DNA of 64,000 bases from Toensbergia leucococca (Eukaryota): NCBI GenBank assembly GCA_022813965.1, contig JALDZS010000013.1, positions 124,001 to 188,000 of the forward strand, written 5' to 3'. Positions 40,347 through 52,296 of this stretch are shown here, one piece after another. The notes beneath the pieces were generated by a model. The model worked only from the letters and a program-made list of their open reading frames with translations. It was not told where the DNA came from and did not search any database. The position numbers and the translations under genes were made by a program. Position 1 is the first letter of the stretch. Each line of letters starts with the position of its first letter.

Positions 40347-41678
40347 ATGGACGAAGCTGCCCGAGGCGCCTCCGCTCTCTCTTCAGGTGATTTCCCCAAG
40401 GCCATTGCGCACTACACAAACGCCATCACCACGAACCCTCAAGCGGTAGACTACTACATAAAGCGCTCAACCGCCCATACCCGCTCCTCACCCGCGAATC
40501 ACACCTCCGCTCTTGAAGATGCTGAGACAGCAGTCGTGCTAGCTAAAAAGCGGGGCAAACGCGAGTCTATCGCCCAAGCACAATTGAGGAGGGGAATAGC
40601 TTTGTTTGGGCTAGAGCGGTGGGCAGATGCACGGCTGTGCTTTGGGTGGGTGAGAAAGCTGAATGAGAAGGAGGCGAGTTTGGGGATTTGGGAGAAGAAG
40701 ATTGAAAACAAGTTGAATGGGTTGGAGGACGGGGACGAGAGGGCCAAGGTTGTGATTGAAGAGTTCCCAGAAGTGGAGCTGCCAAAGGCCGTCGAGACGA
40801 AGAAAGCGGAGAAGAAGGCCATAGAGCCAAGCGACGCTAAGAAACCCTCGGCGGAGACAGTCTCAGAACCCAGGCCCGAAGGCGTCCAAACACCAGCCAA
40901 CAAGATCCGCCACGAATGGTACCAGACAGCGGAGAGCATAGTAGTGACTCTCTTTGCCAAAAACGTCCCAAAGGACACCTCAACCATTGACCTCCACCCT
41001 GACTCCCTCAGCATCTCCTTCCCTCTTCCAACAGGCTCCACTTTCCACTTCTCCGTCGACCCCTTCTTCGCTGAAATCGACCCTTCAACCTCCACCACAA
41101 AAATCATGTCCACAAAAGTCGAGTTCACCCTCAAGAAATCCGTCCCCTCCCAGAAATGGCCCTCGCTCGAATCTACCGAGTCACCTCCCTCGACCTCAGA
41201 CCCCGAAAATCCTGACGCAACAGCCACCTCCACAGCCCCCAAAGCCACCATCCCCCTCAAAGCCACCCCACCCGCCTACCCCACCTCTTCCAAAACCGGC
41301 CCCAAAAACTGGGACAAAGTCGCCGCCTCCCTCACCAAAAAGCCGCCCAAAAAACAAAATCCTATCCCCCAAAGCACAACCACAAATACCGACCCAACCT
41401 CTAACCCACCCTCCATCACCACAGCCAGCAAAGCAGAAGAAGAAGAAGACGACGAGGACGTTGACGGTATCGACGAGTTCGAAGACGGTGGCGACCCCGT
41501 CAATGGCTTTTTCAAACAGCTATACGCGAGCTCGAATCCGGATACGCGGCGCGCGATGATGAAGAGTTATCAGGAGAGTAACGGGACGGCGTTGAGTACG
41601 AATTGGAGCGAGGTGGGCAAGGGGAAGGTGGAGACGAGTCCGCCGGATGGGATGGTGGAGAAGAAGTGGGGGGATTAG
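40347..41678 (+). CDS. SGT1: SGT1 Hsp90 co-chaperone (TPR-CS-SGS)
   Basis: N-terminal TPR, CS domain (KIRHEWYQT..KVEFTLKK), and SGS domain (YPTSSKTGPKNWDK..FFKQLY..DTRRAMMKSYQESNGTALSTNW). Confidence 0.97.
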   Translation: MDEAARGASALSSGDFPKAIAHYTNAITTNPQAVDYYIKRSTAHTRSSPANHTSALEDAETAVVLAKKRGKRESIAQAQLRRGIALFGLERWADARLCFGWVRKLNEKEASLGIWEKKIENKLNGLEDGDERAKVVIEEFPEVELPKAVETKKAEKKAIEPSDAKKPSAETVSEPRPEGVQTPANKIRHEWYQTAESIVVTLFAKNVPKDTSTIDLHPDSLSISFPLPTGSTFHFSVDPFFAEIDPSTSTTKIMSTKVEFTLKKSVPSQKWPSLESTESPPSTSDPENPDATATSTAPKATIPLKATPPAYPTSSKTGPKNWDKVAASLTKKPPKKQNPIPQSTTTNTDPTSNPPSITTASKAEEEEDDEDVDGIDEFEDGGDPVNGFFKQLYASSNPDTRRAMMKSYQESNGTALSTNWSEVGKGKVETSPPDGMVEKKWGD

Positions 41679-42951
41679 ATTTTTTTTTTTGGAGGGAGGG
41701 GAGGGCGTTTTGAGGGGTGGGGGATACGAGACGGGGGGCTTTGAAGTCGGGGTTGATGTTGTTGTTGATGATGTGCTTGGCACATCTTTCGTGGAAGGAC
41801 ATCTTGTTCTCTCTGATTATAATCTTGTCCTTGTGACTTCGACCCTTTCCCCCCACTTAGAGCCCAAGGTTTACCGCCAAGGCTCCATTTGTAGCCCCCT
41901 TCTTAGCAGCCGTCTCCCCCCCACGCTTGGCCTCGATTTTACTCTCTATCTTCCCGTCTCTCCATCTCTGCATCCGTTGCCAAAGATTCTGGGTCAGGGG
42001 GTAAAGGAGGTTGAGGGGTCCAGGGGGTTGAGGGTTTGGGGGGTTGTGGGCGGAGGGGGATAGGGTACCGGAGACACACCATATGTAAGAAGATAAAAAC
42101 CTCGTTCAAGGAGAAAAGGAATGTGCATCATCTTTACAGATATCGCTTTTCAACATCTCTTCTTGTTCAGAACAGAAATAGAAAACAGATACAATCCCAT
42201 TTCATCCTTCTCTCTCTCTCATCTCTCCCTCTCACTGTCTTTACTCTTTTCTCCCCCCTTCTTTTCTCATTTCTCTTCTTTCCTCCCCCCTTCCCAACCA
42301 TCACTCATTATCCCTCACTCAACACCTCTCACCTCCCACCTCTCATTCTCAAACCCTCACCGTCAATCCTTTCCCTTCAATTTCTCTCTTATATCCCTTC
42401 TCACCCCTCCCCTTCCCCCCATTCCTTCAAATCACAGACCTATCTCATCCCCCCTGACCCTCAGCCCTCACCTTTCATCCCTTCATCCATCAGACAGTAT
42501 AGAAAGAGAGGGGGGTGAGTTGAAGTGATTTTTGTTTTCAGGGTGTCAGAAGAGAGGGTGAGTTGCGGGGTGTGGTTGAATGAGAGACGTTGCGGGGGTT
42601 TTATTCACTGATTGTGGGGGTTGAAGGGGACGGGAAGTGGGATCGAAGGGGGGGGTAAGGAATAAGATGTAGAGTCTGGTCCGAGTGAGCGGGAGGGAAG
42701 AGAAAAAAGGGGAGTCTGGGATGAGTGGGGTAGGGGTAAGAGTAGGAGCTGAGATTCTTGTTTTTGTTTTTTTGTTTTTGGTTGAGTTTTTGCAGATATT
42801 TGGGAGGGGGGATGTTTTCGTCCTTTGTTGCGAGGATCGATCCCAGACGGGCATATCAATCTTGTAAATTTCTTAGTTGCGAGCCTACAGATCTAGAAGG
42901 TGGATGATCTTGGATTTGAAAAGAGTAGAAAACATCCACTAAAGCACAACC

Positions 42952-44691
42952 TCACACCCCCTCTCCCTCCATCTCAACCGCCTTATTCCCCCCCGCCTTC
43001 ACCTTCGCCTCCCTCTTCATCTGTCGCCTGCTCATTCCCACCTCCCCTTTCTCGGGGACAGCTGCAGTAACGTTGGAGGGCCAGCGCTGTTGAGCGGCTT
43101 CTTCGTCTGCGGCACTCCAGGCGCGGGGCAAGATGGCGAAGACGAGGTAGGATGTGTGGGTTTTGAGCTCTGGTTCAGCGCGGTGGATGAGGCGGCCTTC
43201 TTTGTAGAGTTTGCGGGAAGGGAGGGCGGTGCGGATGGCGGAGAGGCGTTGTTGCTTGGATATGTAGGGTGTTTTTGTTATTGTTGGGATTGGGGTCGGT
43301 GGCATTTCATCGGCTTCTGGAGGGGGGCTATCGGTACGGAAAGTACGGTTACGGCCTTCGATTTCTCGGAGTCGGGCTAGGGCTTCAGAGACGGTGGCTG
43401 GAGAGGCGTTGACGTTTCTGAGGCCTTCTTCTTGGAGGCCGACGCGTTCGCGGCGCACTTCGAGACGTTTGGAGGAGAGTTCGACCATGGAGATTGAATG
43501 CCAATTTTGGGTACGGAGGTGTTGGATTGTACGTTGGACTTGTTCAATGCATGGGGAGAAGGTGCATAGGTGGATTGCTGAGGTGGGGCTTAGAGGACTA
43601 GTGTGCTTAGAGGGTTGAAGAGGTATTGAGTCTTTTGCTGATGTATTTTCATTACTTGGCGATGTATCGTCATGTATTTGAGGTCTACCGCCGTTGGTGA
43701 TCTCTTGAGTGTCATTTGATGTAACAGCTCCGGGTTGAGTAGTGTCCGGGGTTCCTTGCTCGACAATGTCGTGGTCAGAATCTCTCGTCAAGTGTTTCAA
43801 TGCAAGCCATGGAGCAGGGAGGTCTAGGAATATTGCATCTGCGTTTATCGCTGTCTCTGGGCTGTTGGATTCATCTGTATAGAACCCTTCCTGGCAAACA
43901 TCTCTGTGCGTGACTTCAACGACACCTCCTAATCCATGTTCGTCGATCTCTGCTTTCAGCGTTTCTACTCGTTGCTTATGAAATTCGAAGCTCCAAACTT
44001 TGCCATAAGGCTTCTTCGTATTTGTGCCGACAGTGGGATATCCACTGAACACTGCTCTTGCCGCTGCGTGGGTGAACGATCCACTACCAGCACCTGCTTC
44101 AATAAGCACGCTTCCTGGCCTGACTCGTAGGCGGTATAGTATGTAGCTGTAGTCTGGGGTGTAGACTAACTGAGTACGGTGAGGAAGAGAAGCCGTCCAG
44201 GTTTCAGGTGTGGGTGGTAATAGATGGACAAAACCCGACGAAGCTGTCACGGCAGCTTTGATGGCCAAGTCGTCCGCTGAAGGGTCAGTACCTTGATGGA
44301 CTTGACCATCCAGCACCTCGGCTTCCTTGTTCCATTTCTGTCCATGGGTTCCACCAGCAGGTGCTTCCCCTTCTCTCTTCCGTTTATGTCCTTTTTTATC
44401 CTTGCCAGTGAAGCCTCTTCGACCTCTCGAGCCAGTATCGATGGCCGAGGCACGAACTTGTGAGCCCCATGGTAATCCAATCAGGGTAGAGTGTGGGAAG
44501 GAGCCAAACCGTGTGTTCGTTACTTTACCCTCGTCGTAGCCTTCGTTAAGATCGTCATGGGCGCGGAGAAGAGTGGGAATCAGATGGTCACGCTTGAGAT
44601 GAAGCAATGCTAGAGAGTCAGGCTGAGCAACGGTGCCAGGATTAAGAAAGGAAGAAGGGTGGGGAGGAGGAGGAACAGGTTGTATTGTCAT
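42952..44691 (-). CDS. TRM61: tRNA (adenine-58-N1)-methyltransferase catalytic subunit
   Basis: PTPETWTASLPHRTQLVYTPD, EAGAGSGSFTH, SFEFH, HRDVC, FLDLPAPW, CTFSPCIEQVQRT and HTSYLVFA. Confidence 0.96.
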   Translation of the reverse strand: MTIQPVPPPPHPSSFLNPGTVAQPDSLALLHLKRDHLIPTLLRAHDDLNEGYDEGKVTNTRFGSFPHSTLIGLPWGSQVRASAIDTGSRGRRGFTGKDKKGHKRKREGEAPAGGTHGQKWNKEAEVLDGQVHQGTDPSADDLAIKAAVTASSGFVHLLPPTPETWTASLPHRTQLVYTPDYSYILYRLRVRPGSVLIEAGAGSGSFTHAAARAVFSGYPTVGTNTKKPYGKVWSFEFHKQRVETLKAEIDEHGLGGVVEVTHRDVCQEGFYTDESNSPETAINADAIFLDLPAPWLALKHLTRDSDHDIVEQGTPDTTQPGAVTSNDTQEITNGGRPQIHDDTSPSNENTSAKDSIPLQPSKHTSPLSPTSAIHLCTFSPCIEQVQRTIQHLRTQNWHSISMVELSSKRLEVRRERVGLQEEGLRNVNASPATVSEALARLREIEGRNRTFRTDSPPPEADEMPPTPIPTITKTPYISKQQRLSAIRTALPSRKLYKEGRLIHRAEPELKTHTSYLVFAILPRAWSAADEEAAQQRWPSNVTAAVPEKGEVGMSRRQMKREAKVKAGGNKAVEMEGEGV

Positions 44692-44921
44692 TGTGGTAAT
44701 GAATTCGGAAAAGAGCGTTTATTGTTGCCCTAATCACGGAGTACGGAGTACGGAGATATTGAGTCTTTATTGCGTCAATCTAGGGCTCGGGAGATGGACA
44801 TTAAGCGCAAGGATTCTGACTCTTGTTTCCATCGTGAATTACTCCCCTCCTCTCTCGACCCTTCATATTTTTTCCGCACTGTCCTTTGTCCCTTGTCATT
44901 CTTTTATGTAGTCTTCTATTC
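44692..44921. promoter_or_regulatory. Compact bidirectional promoter between TRM61 and CysRS with a triple ACGGAGT repeat
   Basis: 230 bp between divergent ATGs. ACGGAGT-ACGGAGT-ACGGAG at 44736-44755. Confidence 0.65.
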
Positions 44922-47657
44922 ATGAGATCAGTCTCTCATCTTGTTGTCACTGCGCCTCGCCTTCGAATTCTCACAGAGTATCTGCTGCAGACCAACCGTT
45001 TGTTTCTCTCAAGAACAATGGCAACCTCCTCGCGCCAACAGCCTCCCTGGCAACCTCCGCCTCAGCCAAGTCCAGAATGTCAATTGCCGCCATTGAAAAT
45101 ATGGAACTCTCTTACCCGATCCAAGAATCTCTTTGTTCCAATTGATTCCAAGAATAAAACCATCACTTGGTACGTCTGCGGTCCTACCGTGTACAACGAC
45201 GCACATCTGGGACATGCGAGAAATTATGCTACTACGGATATCATACGACGAATCCTCCAGGACTACTTCAAATACAAGGTCAAATTTGTGATGAACATTA
45301 CTGATGTAGACGACAAGGTGCGTTTCAAAATGTACGAGTCAGAAAAGTCATGTGAGCTTCGTCAATTATGACTCGGCGTGATTGATGAAGAGTCATTTAT
45401 ACTGATTTCCAAGATCTTTGGAAAATAGCAGTTCTAATCCAAGCTGTTTCTGCAGATAATCATTCGTGGGAGGCAGCAGCATCTTCTAGATGAATTCAGA
45501 GCCAAGCGTTTAGGAATAACAGCATCTTTGGATCAGTATAGTAAAGCTGCTCTCAGAGCCTATTTGAAGAAAAATCTACCTTTGATCCCAGAAAACACAA
45601 TCCCAGCTGATGTCATGTCACAAGCTCGGATCCATTATGCTACGGTGCTTCAAAACCAGCCCCTAGGGTCTGGTACAATCAGTGATAGCGAAGCCAAGAC
45701 TAAGATGCACATCAATACTGTTGATGCTGCGTCAAAGGCTATATTTTCTATGAGCACAGCTTCGGACTCAACTGATAACTTAGATGAGAATATCGAAGAT
45801 ATCCTCCTACCTTATCTTGATTCGCTTTATGGAGATTCAATAGACGCAAAGGACCATGCAATCTTTACGAAGCTCACAAAGAGATACGAAAATCGATTCA
45901 TGGAAGATCTCCAAGCTCTAAATTGCCTGGATCCTGATGAAATAACTCGAGTCACAGAGTATGGGCCTCAGATAGTTGATTTTGTGGAGAAAATCCAGAA
46001 AAATGAGTTTGCTTACATGACGTCTGATGGATCTGTCTACTTTGACATTACTGCGTTCGAGGCGGCTAATAATTCATACGCAAGGCTCGAGCCTTGGAAT
46101 CGTAATGATGCGCAATTGCAAGCTGACGGTGAAGGGTCATTGTCCAAGAAGACATCGGAAAAGAAATCCGAGGCAGATTTTGCCCTCTGGAAGGCTTCAA
46201 AACCTGGCGAGCCTAGCTGGCCAAGTCCGTGGGGCGAAGGTAGACCTGGGTGGCATATCGAGTGCTCTGCTATGGCATCAGATAAACTGGGCCGCCAGAT
46301 TGATATTCATTCTGGAGGAATCGACTTGGCTTTTCCCCATCACGATAACGAGCTTGCTCAGAGCGAGGCGTACTGGTTAGATAAAAGTCATCAGTCACAG
46401 CATCAATGGGTTAATTACTTTATGCACATGGGCCACCTTTCGATCAAAGGCTCGAAGATGTCCAAGTCTTTGAAAAACTTTACTACCATTCGAGATGCAC
46501 TAAATCGAGGTGACTGGACATCAAGAGGCTTGAGGATACTTTTTCTTCTAGGAAATTGGAAAGATGGAATCGAGATCACGGATGATTTGATTAAAGAAGG
46601 ATCTGCATGGGAGGAGAAATTGAATGTAAGCCTGTTCGATTAACGCTGGATGTCATTCTCATGCGATCCGAGTGAGAGTATTTAAGCTGATGCATCATAG
46701 AACTTCTTCTTTAAAGCCAAAGAGACGAACGAGAAGCAAGAATCTGGGAGCTCAACGGCGACTAGTGAGAACGAAGTCGACAGGAGATTAGGTCAGGACC
46801 TTGAAAAGGCAACAAAAGACACATTTGAAGCGCTTTGCGATTCTTTCAATACTTCTGCTGTCATGGCCATCATAGCGGAATTGGTTTCATCTTACCATTC
46901 CACGGAGAAGGCGATGATATCAGTTGACACTACTCAGGCCATTGCTAGATGGATCACGTCCATGGTAAATACATTTGGCCTGAATGGCGCTGCATTATCT
47001 AACGACCAAACAATCGGCTGGTCCGGTATTGATATCCCTGCAATTGCGAAACCGTACCTTTATCCTCTATCACGTTTGCGCGATGACTTGCGTCGTAAGG
47101 CGAGGGAAGTCGATGGTCTAACGCGTGAAGAAGTAGAGATGATTGGCGTCAATGCTATTGATCTACCCGCCAAACAGCAACCCGGTGCTGAGCGATATGC
47201 GACCTTGGTCAGCCATTTCCAAGATGGAATTAGGTCCCTTCAGGATTCGAAGAGCCTCTCAAAAGATGTACTTGAGCTTTGCGATCGTTTACGCGACGTC
47301 GAACTGTGGGATCTAGGCATCTACCTCGAAGATCGTGATGGCAACCAGCCAGCTTTAGTACGGCCCGTTACCAAAGAACTACTACAAGCTCGGAAGGACA
47401 AAGAGGAGCGAGAGCGACAAAAAGTGCAGGCCAAGGAAGAGAGGGAGAGAGAAGCAGCAGCCAAGGTGGAAAAAGGTCGCCTGAGCCACCTAGAAATGTT
47501 TCGAACACATGAATATAGTGCATGGGACCCTGAAGGTATACCTGTGAAAGACGCCGAAGGTGAAGAGATGACCAAAAGCAAAGCGAAGAAACTGCGGAAG
47601 GATTGGGAAAGACAAAAGAAGCTACATGAGGCATGGACAAAATCCAACATAGCTTAA
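44922..47657 (+). CDS. CRS1: Cysteinyl-tRNA synthetase; 3 exons; second in-frame ATG at 45018
   Basis: Exons 44922(45018)-45317, 45456-46625 and 46701-47657. [20 protein letters not shown] (HIGH), [38 protein letters not shown] and KMSKSLKN. Confidence 0.97.
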
Positions 47658-48096
47658 AGTTAAGTCAAACAGACCAAAGGACAATAGGCTCGACATGCTG
47701 CTTGAATGATGCATAAGCTTGGAAAAAAAGGATGTTTGTGTGTGTGGAACAGTAAGGGTTGATAGGCCTTCAGGTGGCTGAACTGGCCATCATATTCATT
47801 AACATTCCTTCTTGGTTTGATTGTATTCTCTAATGAGAACATTAGTGGTCATTGGTCTCACAATATTGCACATCTAAAGACGAATCACGGTTAGATGTCT
47901 TCTAATTACCTCTCATTCCTAACCTCCACGCGTCTACAAACACAGTCGATCACCACTTTCGCGTTTTTCCTTAAATGTTGCCTGATTCATAGTTTTTGAA
48001 ATGTCGCCTGTGTGATTTGTTTGATAATAAGTCCTTGCCTTTTTCCTTCTCTTGTTGTAAAACCACATTTAGCAATCTGCATTTTTCATGTAGACC

Positions 48097-51000
48097 ATGT
48101 ACACCCACCTTCTCTTTACTGCTCTGGCAGCCGCCTGGGCCGTATCAGCCCTGCCCCAGACAAGCTCAACGCAAGACGACGTCGTGGATGTCTCCATTGA
48201 AATATCCCCTCGGGCAGCGGGTGTTACCATTACCACGAGAATACCTACGGGAGTTTGTGCCGCGACTCCTATTCCATATCCTTCCAATGTCAATGTCCCG
48301 GCATATGCGAATGGACCTACATTCTCCGCAAACCAAACGGCAGGTGGTTCTGCAAGCTCCAACTCCGGGTCAACTTTGTTACCTGCCATACACTGGGACT
48401 TTAATACCACTGACCTGCAGATTTTAGACCCTTCGATCACTGGTCAATTATATTATTCAGAGGGTGGTACAGGTGGTACGTAGTGAATTCCTATCTTTGT
48501 CCATCTTGTCGTTCGGAAATAGTCTTTTGGCTGGAGTGTAGGATGTTAATTCCAGAGTAGATCCATCTGTACAAGCTTTGGTAGCGCATCTTGATGTCAC
48601 CTTTACCTTTCCATCAGTTGTGCTAGAGCATTCGGATTACGTTGTCAACATTCAATGCCAACATGGCGCTATCTCGGTGTCGCTGTCCTCCCAAGACGCA
48701 TACCAATCTGTACAGAACTCATGGAGTCCAGCTGCAGGATTTGTTGTCGTAACCAATGCTGCCGGTTGTGGAACGTCCGCGCAGGGCCAGAGGTCTTTTT
48801 TTCAAGTCCAAGACGTTCAATTCTCCCAATCAGACCTGTCCGTGTCGATCTCTGGCCAGGAAATCCAACTCCAAGAAGCTATTGTGGATATTCAACTTGT
48901 TTGGGGCACATACACACCCGGTACTAATCAGACCAGTGGTAGCGGTGGTATAGCTACTACTATACCTACTTCATCTCCTACACCCATGTCCAGCGGGACT
49001 ACCGGAGGCAGCGCTACCAGCAATACTGTTCCAGGATGTGGCGCCCCATCATCAACTATAATCAATGGTCTTCCGGCCGCTCCTTGTGGGAGTGATTTTG
49101 ATCAATCTATCGACGACGCTCTTGGATACTACAGTCTGGACGAGAACGATTTTGCTGCCAGCATACAAGCAATGGCACCCGGTGTGACAGACTTTACTTA
49201 TTCGGATTACATTGGCAACGCAACGACTAGTCGACGCTCACTGGACCACACATTTCAAAAGAGATTTCATTTTGGAAGCATCTTCAAGTCTGTTGTCAAG
49301 GTATTTCGACTCTCATTCGTTCTGAGATGTAGCTAATCTCAGCTTACCGCAGGCTGTAAGTAAAACTGTCGCTGTTGTTGCTAAGGTTGTTGCTCCGATC
49401 CTGCCGAAAGTCGTTGTCAAAGCTGTTACCGCTGTTGCCCATTTTGTCGTTGCCGTTGTCAATCACTCCTTTAGCCCATCGTTACATGTCACACTACCTA
49501 TCAATGTGGGTCCGCCAGCTTCGCAGATTCAGGATTCACCCTTTGGGCCTGCATATCAGATTTACCAATACATGGTTTCCGACGATGATCCTAAGAAATC
49601 CGAGGACGCGGAAGAAATTGAAAATATTCTAGATGAGCTCCTCCCAGATAGCAACATTCCCGAGCCGAGCGTGACCTTTTATTGTGTAGGTTGTGGAATA
49701 AATGGAAGTGTCATGGCTGCTGGATCCGTTTCCTTTAGTATTCTCAATGGAGTCACAGCAGGAAGTGTCGACTTGGGAGGCAGTCTCGACGCGGGCTTAC
49801 AAATTGGCATTGATGCTTTTGCTCAATATGACAAGACTCTTACTATAGGACGCCTGGTTCATCAAGGAATCCCGGGATTCTCTATCCCGGACGTGATTTC
49901 AGTTGGGCCTGAGGTCACTCTGGATATGACTGCGGATTTCAACATCATGGCTGAGGGTCAACTTCTCGCTGGGGTAACTATGAATCTGGACAATTTCGCT
50001 GCACACTTGGATCTTTTTGACTCATCCAAATCGACCTCGTCAGGTTTCGTACCCCAAGTCCACAGAGTCTTCAACGCAACCGGCACATTGACCGCAACGG
50101 CTTCTCTTGGTCTACCTATTGGCTTGGCCTTTGGTATTGACCTCCTTGCCGGGAGGTACGCATTAGATGTTGCCCTTGTCGATACACCCGCCATTGAAGC
50201 TGTTGCAACATTCTCTGCTGCCTACTCTGACATCGACGGGTCTAGTATTGGGATTATCAATGGTGGTACCTGCGATGGAGTAGCCTGGCAGATTGATCTG
50301 ACCAACGGCGTTGAGCTTGATATCAACCCATTGCGGAAATATGACCTGTTCGATTGGACATCTCCTCCTTTGGCCGGCGGTTGCATTGCGTAAGTCCATA
50401 TCCACTCGTATCAGTTTGATCTATCACTATCGCTACCTTGCTCTTTATCACATGGGCACTCATTTTCAGGAAGACACTTCACGAAGAAGCTCATTTCAAC
50501 AGATCACATTTGAGACGTGTGCAAAAGCCTCATGCTGACATACAACAAGGTTACCAACGCACCACCAAGCTTCCAGTACAACATCAAGTACTCTATCCAC
50601 GTCAAGTTCAACATCATCATCAATTCTATCCACGACAGCGAGCTCTCGAGTTTCATCAACGATTTTGTCGGCCTCAATCCATCCCTCGATATCTGCTAAT
50701 TCCACTACAATTCGTTCTTCACCATCTGCCAATTCATCATTTTATTTCCCAACAGCATCGTCACATTCATTAGTATCTATCACCCCATCAGCATCGTTCA
50801 ATTTGTCGTCTTTCACTACTTCGTCTGCATCGCTCCTTCTATCTAATTCGTCCTCACATCTGAATTATTCAACATTTTTACAATCTCCAACGTCCTCAAC
50901 ATCGTCTTCAACTTCTTCCTCGGTCACTTTGGGCCCAACTCCTTGCCCTCAGGCAAATGGTACAGTCCGGAACGACACCAACGGGGTTGCATACACCATC

Positions 51001-52296
51001 AACTGTAGTGCTGACCTTCCAGGAAATGACATTGAAACCGTGCTCACAACCAGTTTTGAGGCTTGCATGGTGGCCTGTGACAACGCTACCGGTTGCGTTG
51101 CTGTGACTTGGGATGAGGGTCCCGGATATAACAATTGCTACCTAAAATATGCAGTCTCTCAGGTGACTCCTTTGAAGCCTGGCATAGCCGATAGCGCTCA
51201 GCGCGTTCTTGCTCAGTCTGTCAGCTCGGCTGCAACCACGACGATATCATCATCCGCATCACCAGTGTCGACCAACACTTCTCCTTCTAGCACATTCACC
51301 CCTTGTCCACAAGGGGATGGCAGTTTCTACACCGCCTCGGACGGCAACACGTACCAATTGCACTGCAACTTGGATTATAATGGCTCGGATTTACGCACGG
51401 CTGAAAATACCAATAACATGCAATCTTGCATTGAGCTGTGCAAGACCGTTTCCGGCTGCAGAGCCATCACCTGGGTTCCCAGCCGCGAGCTAAACTGCTA
51501 CTTCAAACCGGGTGCTGTGGGTCAAACCGTTGAGAGCTTTGAATGTGATAGTGCTGTCATTGTCGGTCCCTCTCCAGAGCTTCTTGACAAACGCGAAGAT
51601 TCGAATTCTACCGACTTGACGGATTCTCCAGACCCTACCGACATTACTGACTCCGCCGCTCCCACACTCATCAGCACCGATTCCGACTCGAGCTACGCCT
51701 TCCCTGACTTCGCTGCTGACGTCGTCAACGCTACCTTGGCAGCCGACAACTCTACTTCCGCGGACAACTCCTCTATCTCCTCAGACGGCACCACCTATCT
51801 CACCCTCACGGACACAACCTCCACAGTCCAACTCTCGGCTGGCGCAGACGGAAACCTCTACCTTTCCCCCGCCGGCTCAGCAGATTCCGGCGCCACGTTC
51901 TCCTCCTACGAAGGCCTCGTTGCGGCCGACTCCTCGGACCGCCTCTTCCACTATTACGGCCCCGAAATGGCCACCTATGGCGTCTCGCGCATCCGTCTCG
52001 CCACCCAGGACGCTACCCCCGTCAGCGCTCTGCTGCTTTCCCTTGCGCCTATTGACTACGGCAGTGACGCTAGCACGCCGGCTGTGTATGTAGCTGTTGA
52101 TACGGCGGGGAATTCATTTTATTTGGCAGCGTGTATGATTGAGGGGCAGGCTTCCAAGGTGTTTTTGGTCCGGGATATGGATGCGGGTCTGGGGGTGTTG
52201 GCGCAGCCTGGGTTGATGTATGTGCTTACGGGCGGGGTGGTGGAGAGTTGTGATGTGGTTGCTTTTGGGACTGTGGTTGGAGGAATCGGTGCGTAG
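48097..52296 (+). CDS. Large secreted multi-domain protein (DUF7029/DUF7223-like region, S/T linker, two PAN/apple-like modules); 4 exons
   Basis: Exons 48097-48475, 48561-49300, 49353-50389 and 50550-52296 splice in frame. Signal peptide MYTHLLFTALAAAWAVSA; PSVVLEHS; YCVGCGING..PGFSIPDVISVGP; two C..D..G.D..C...C....GC.A.TW...CY.K modules at ~50940-51200 and ~51300-51560. Confidence 0.85.

Noticed and set aside
40499..41266. 255-aa antisense ORF (similarly 30421-31005 and 53414-54079)
   Set aside because: Shadow ORFs opposite better-supported genes.
41512..42867. Multiple ORFs between SGT1 and TRM61
   Set aside because: Low-complexity purine/pyrimidine tracts with no protein-like signal.
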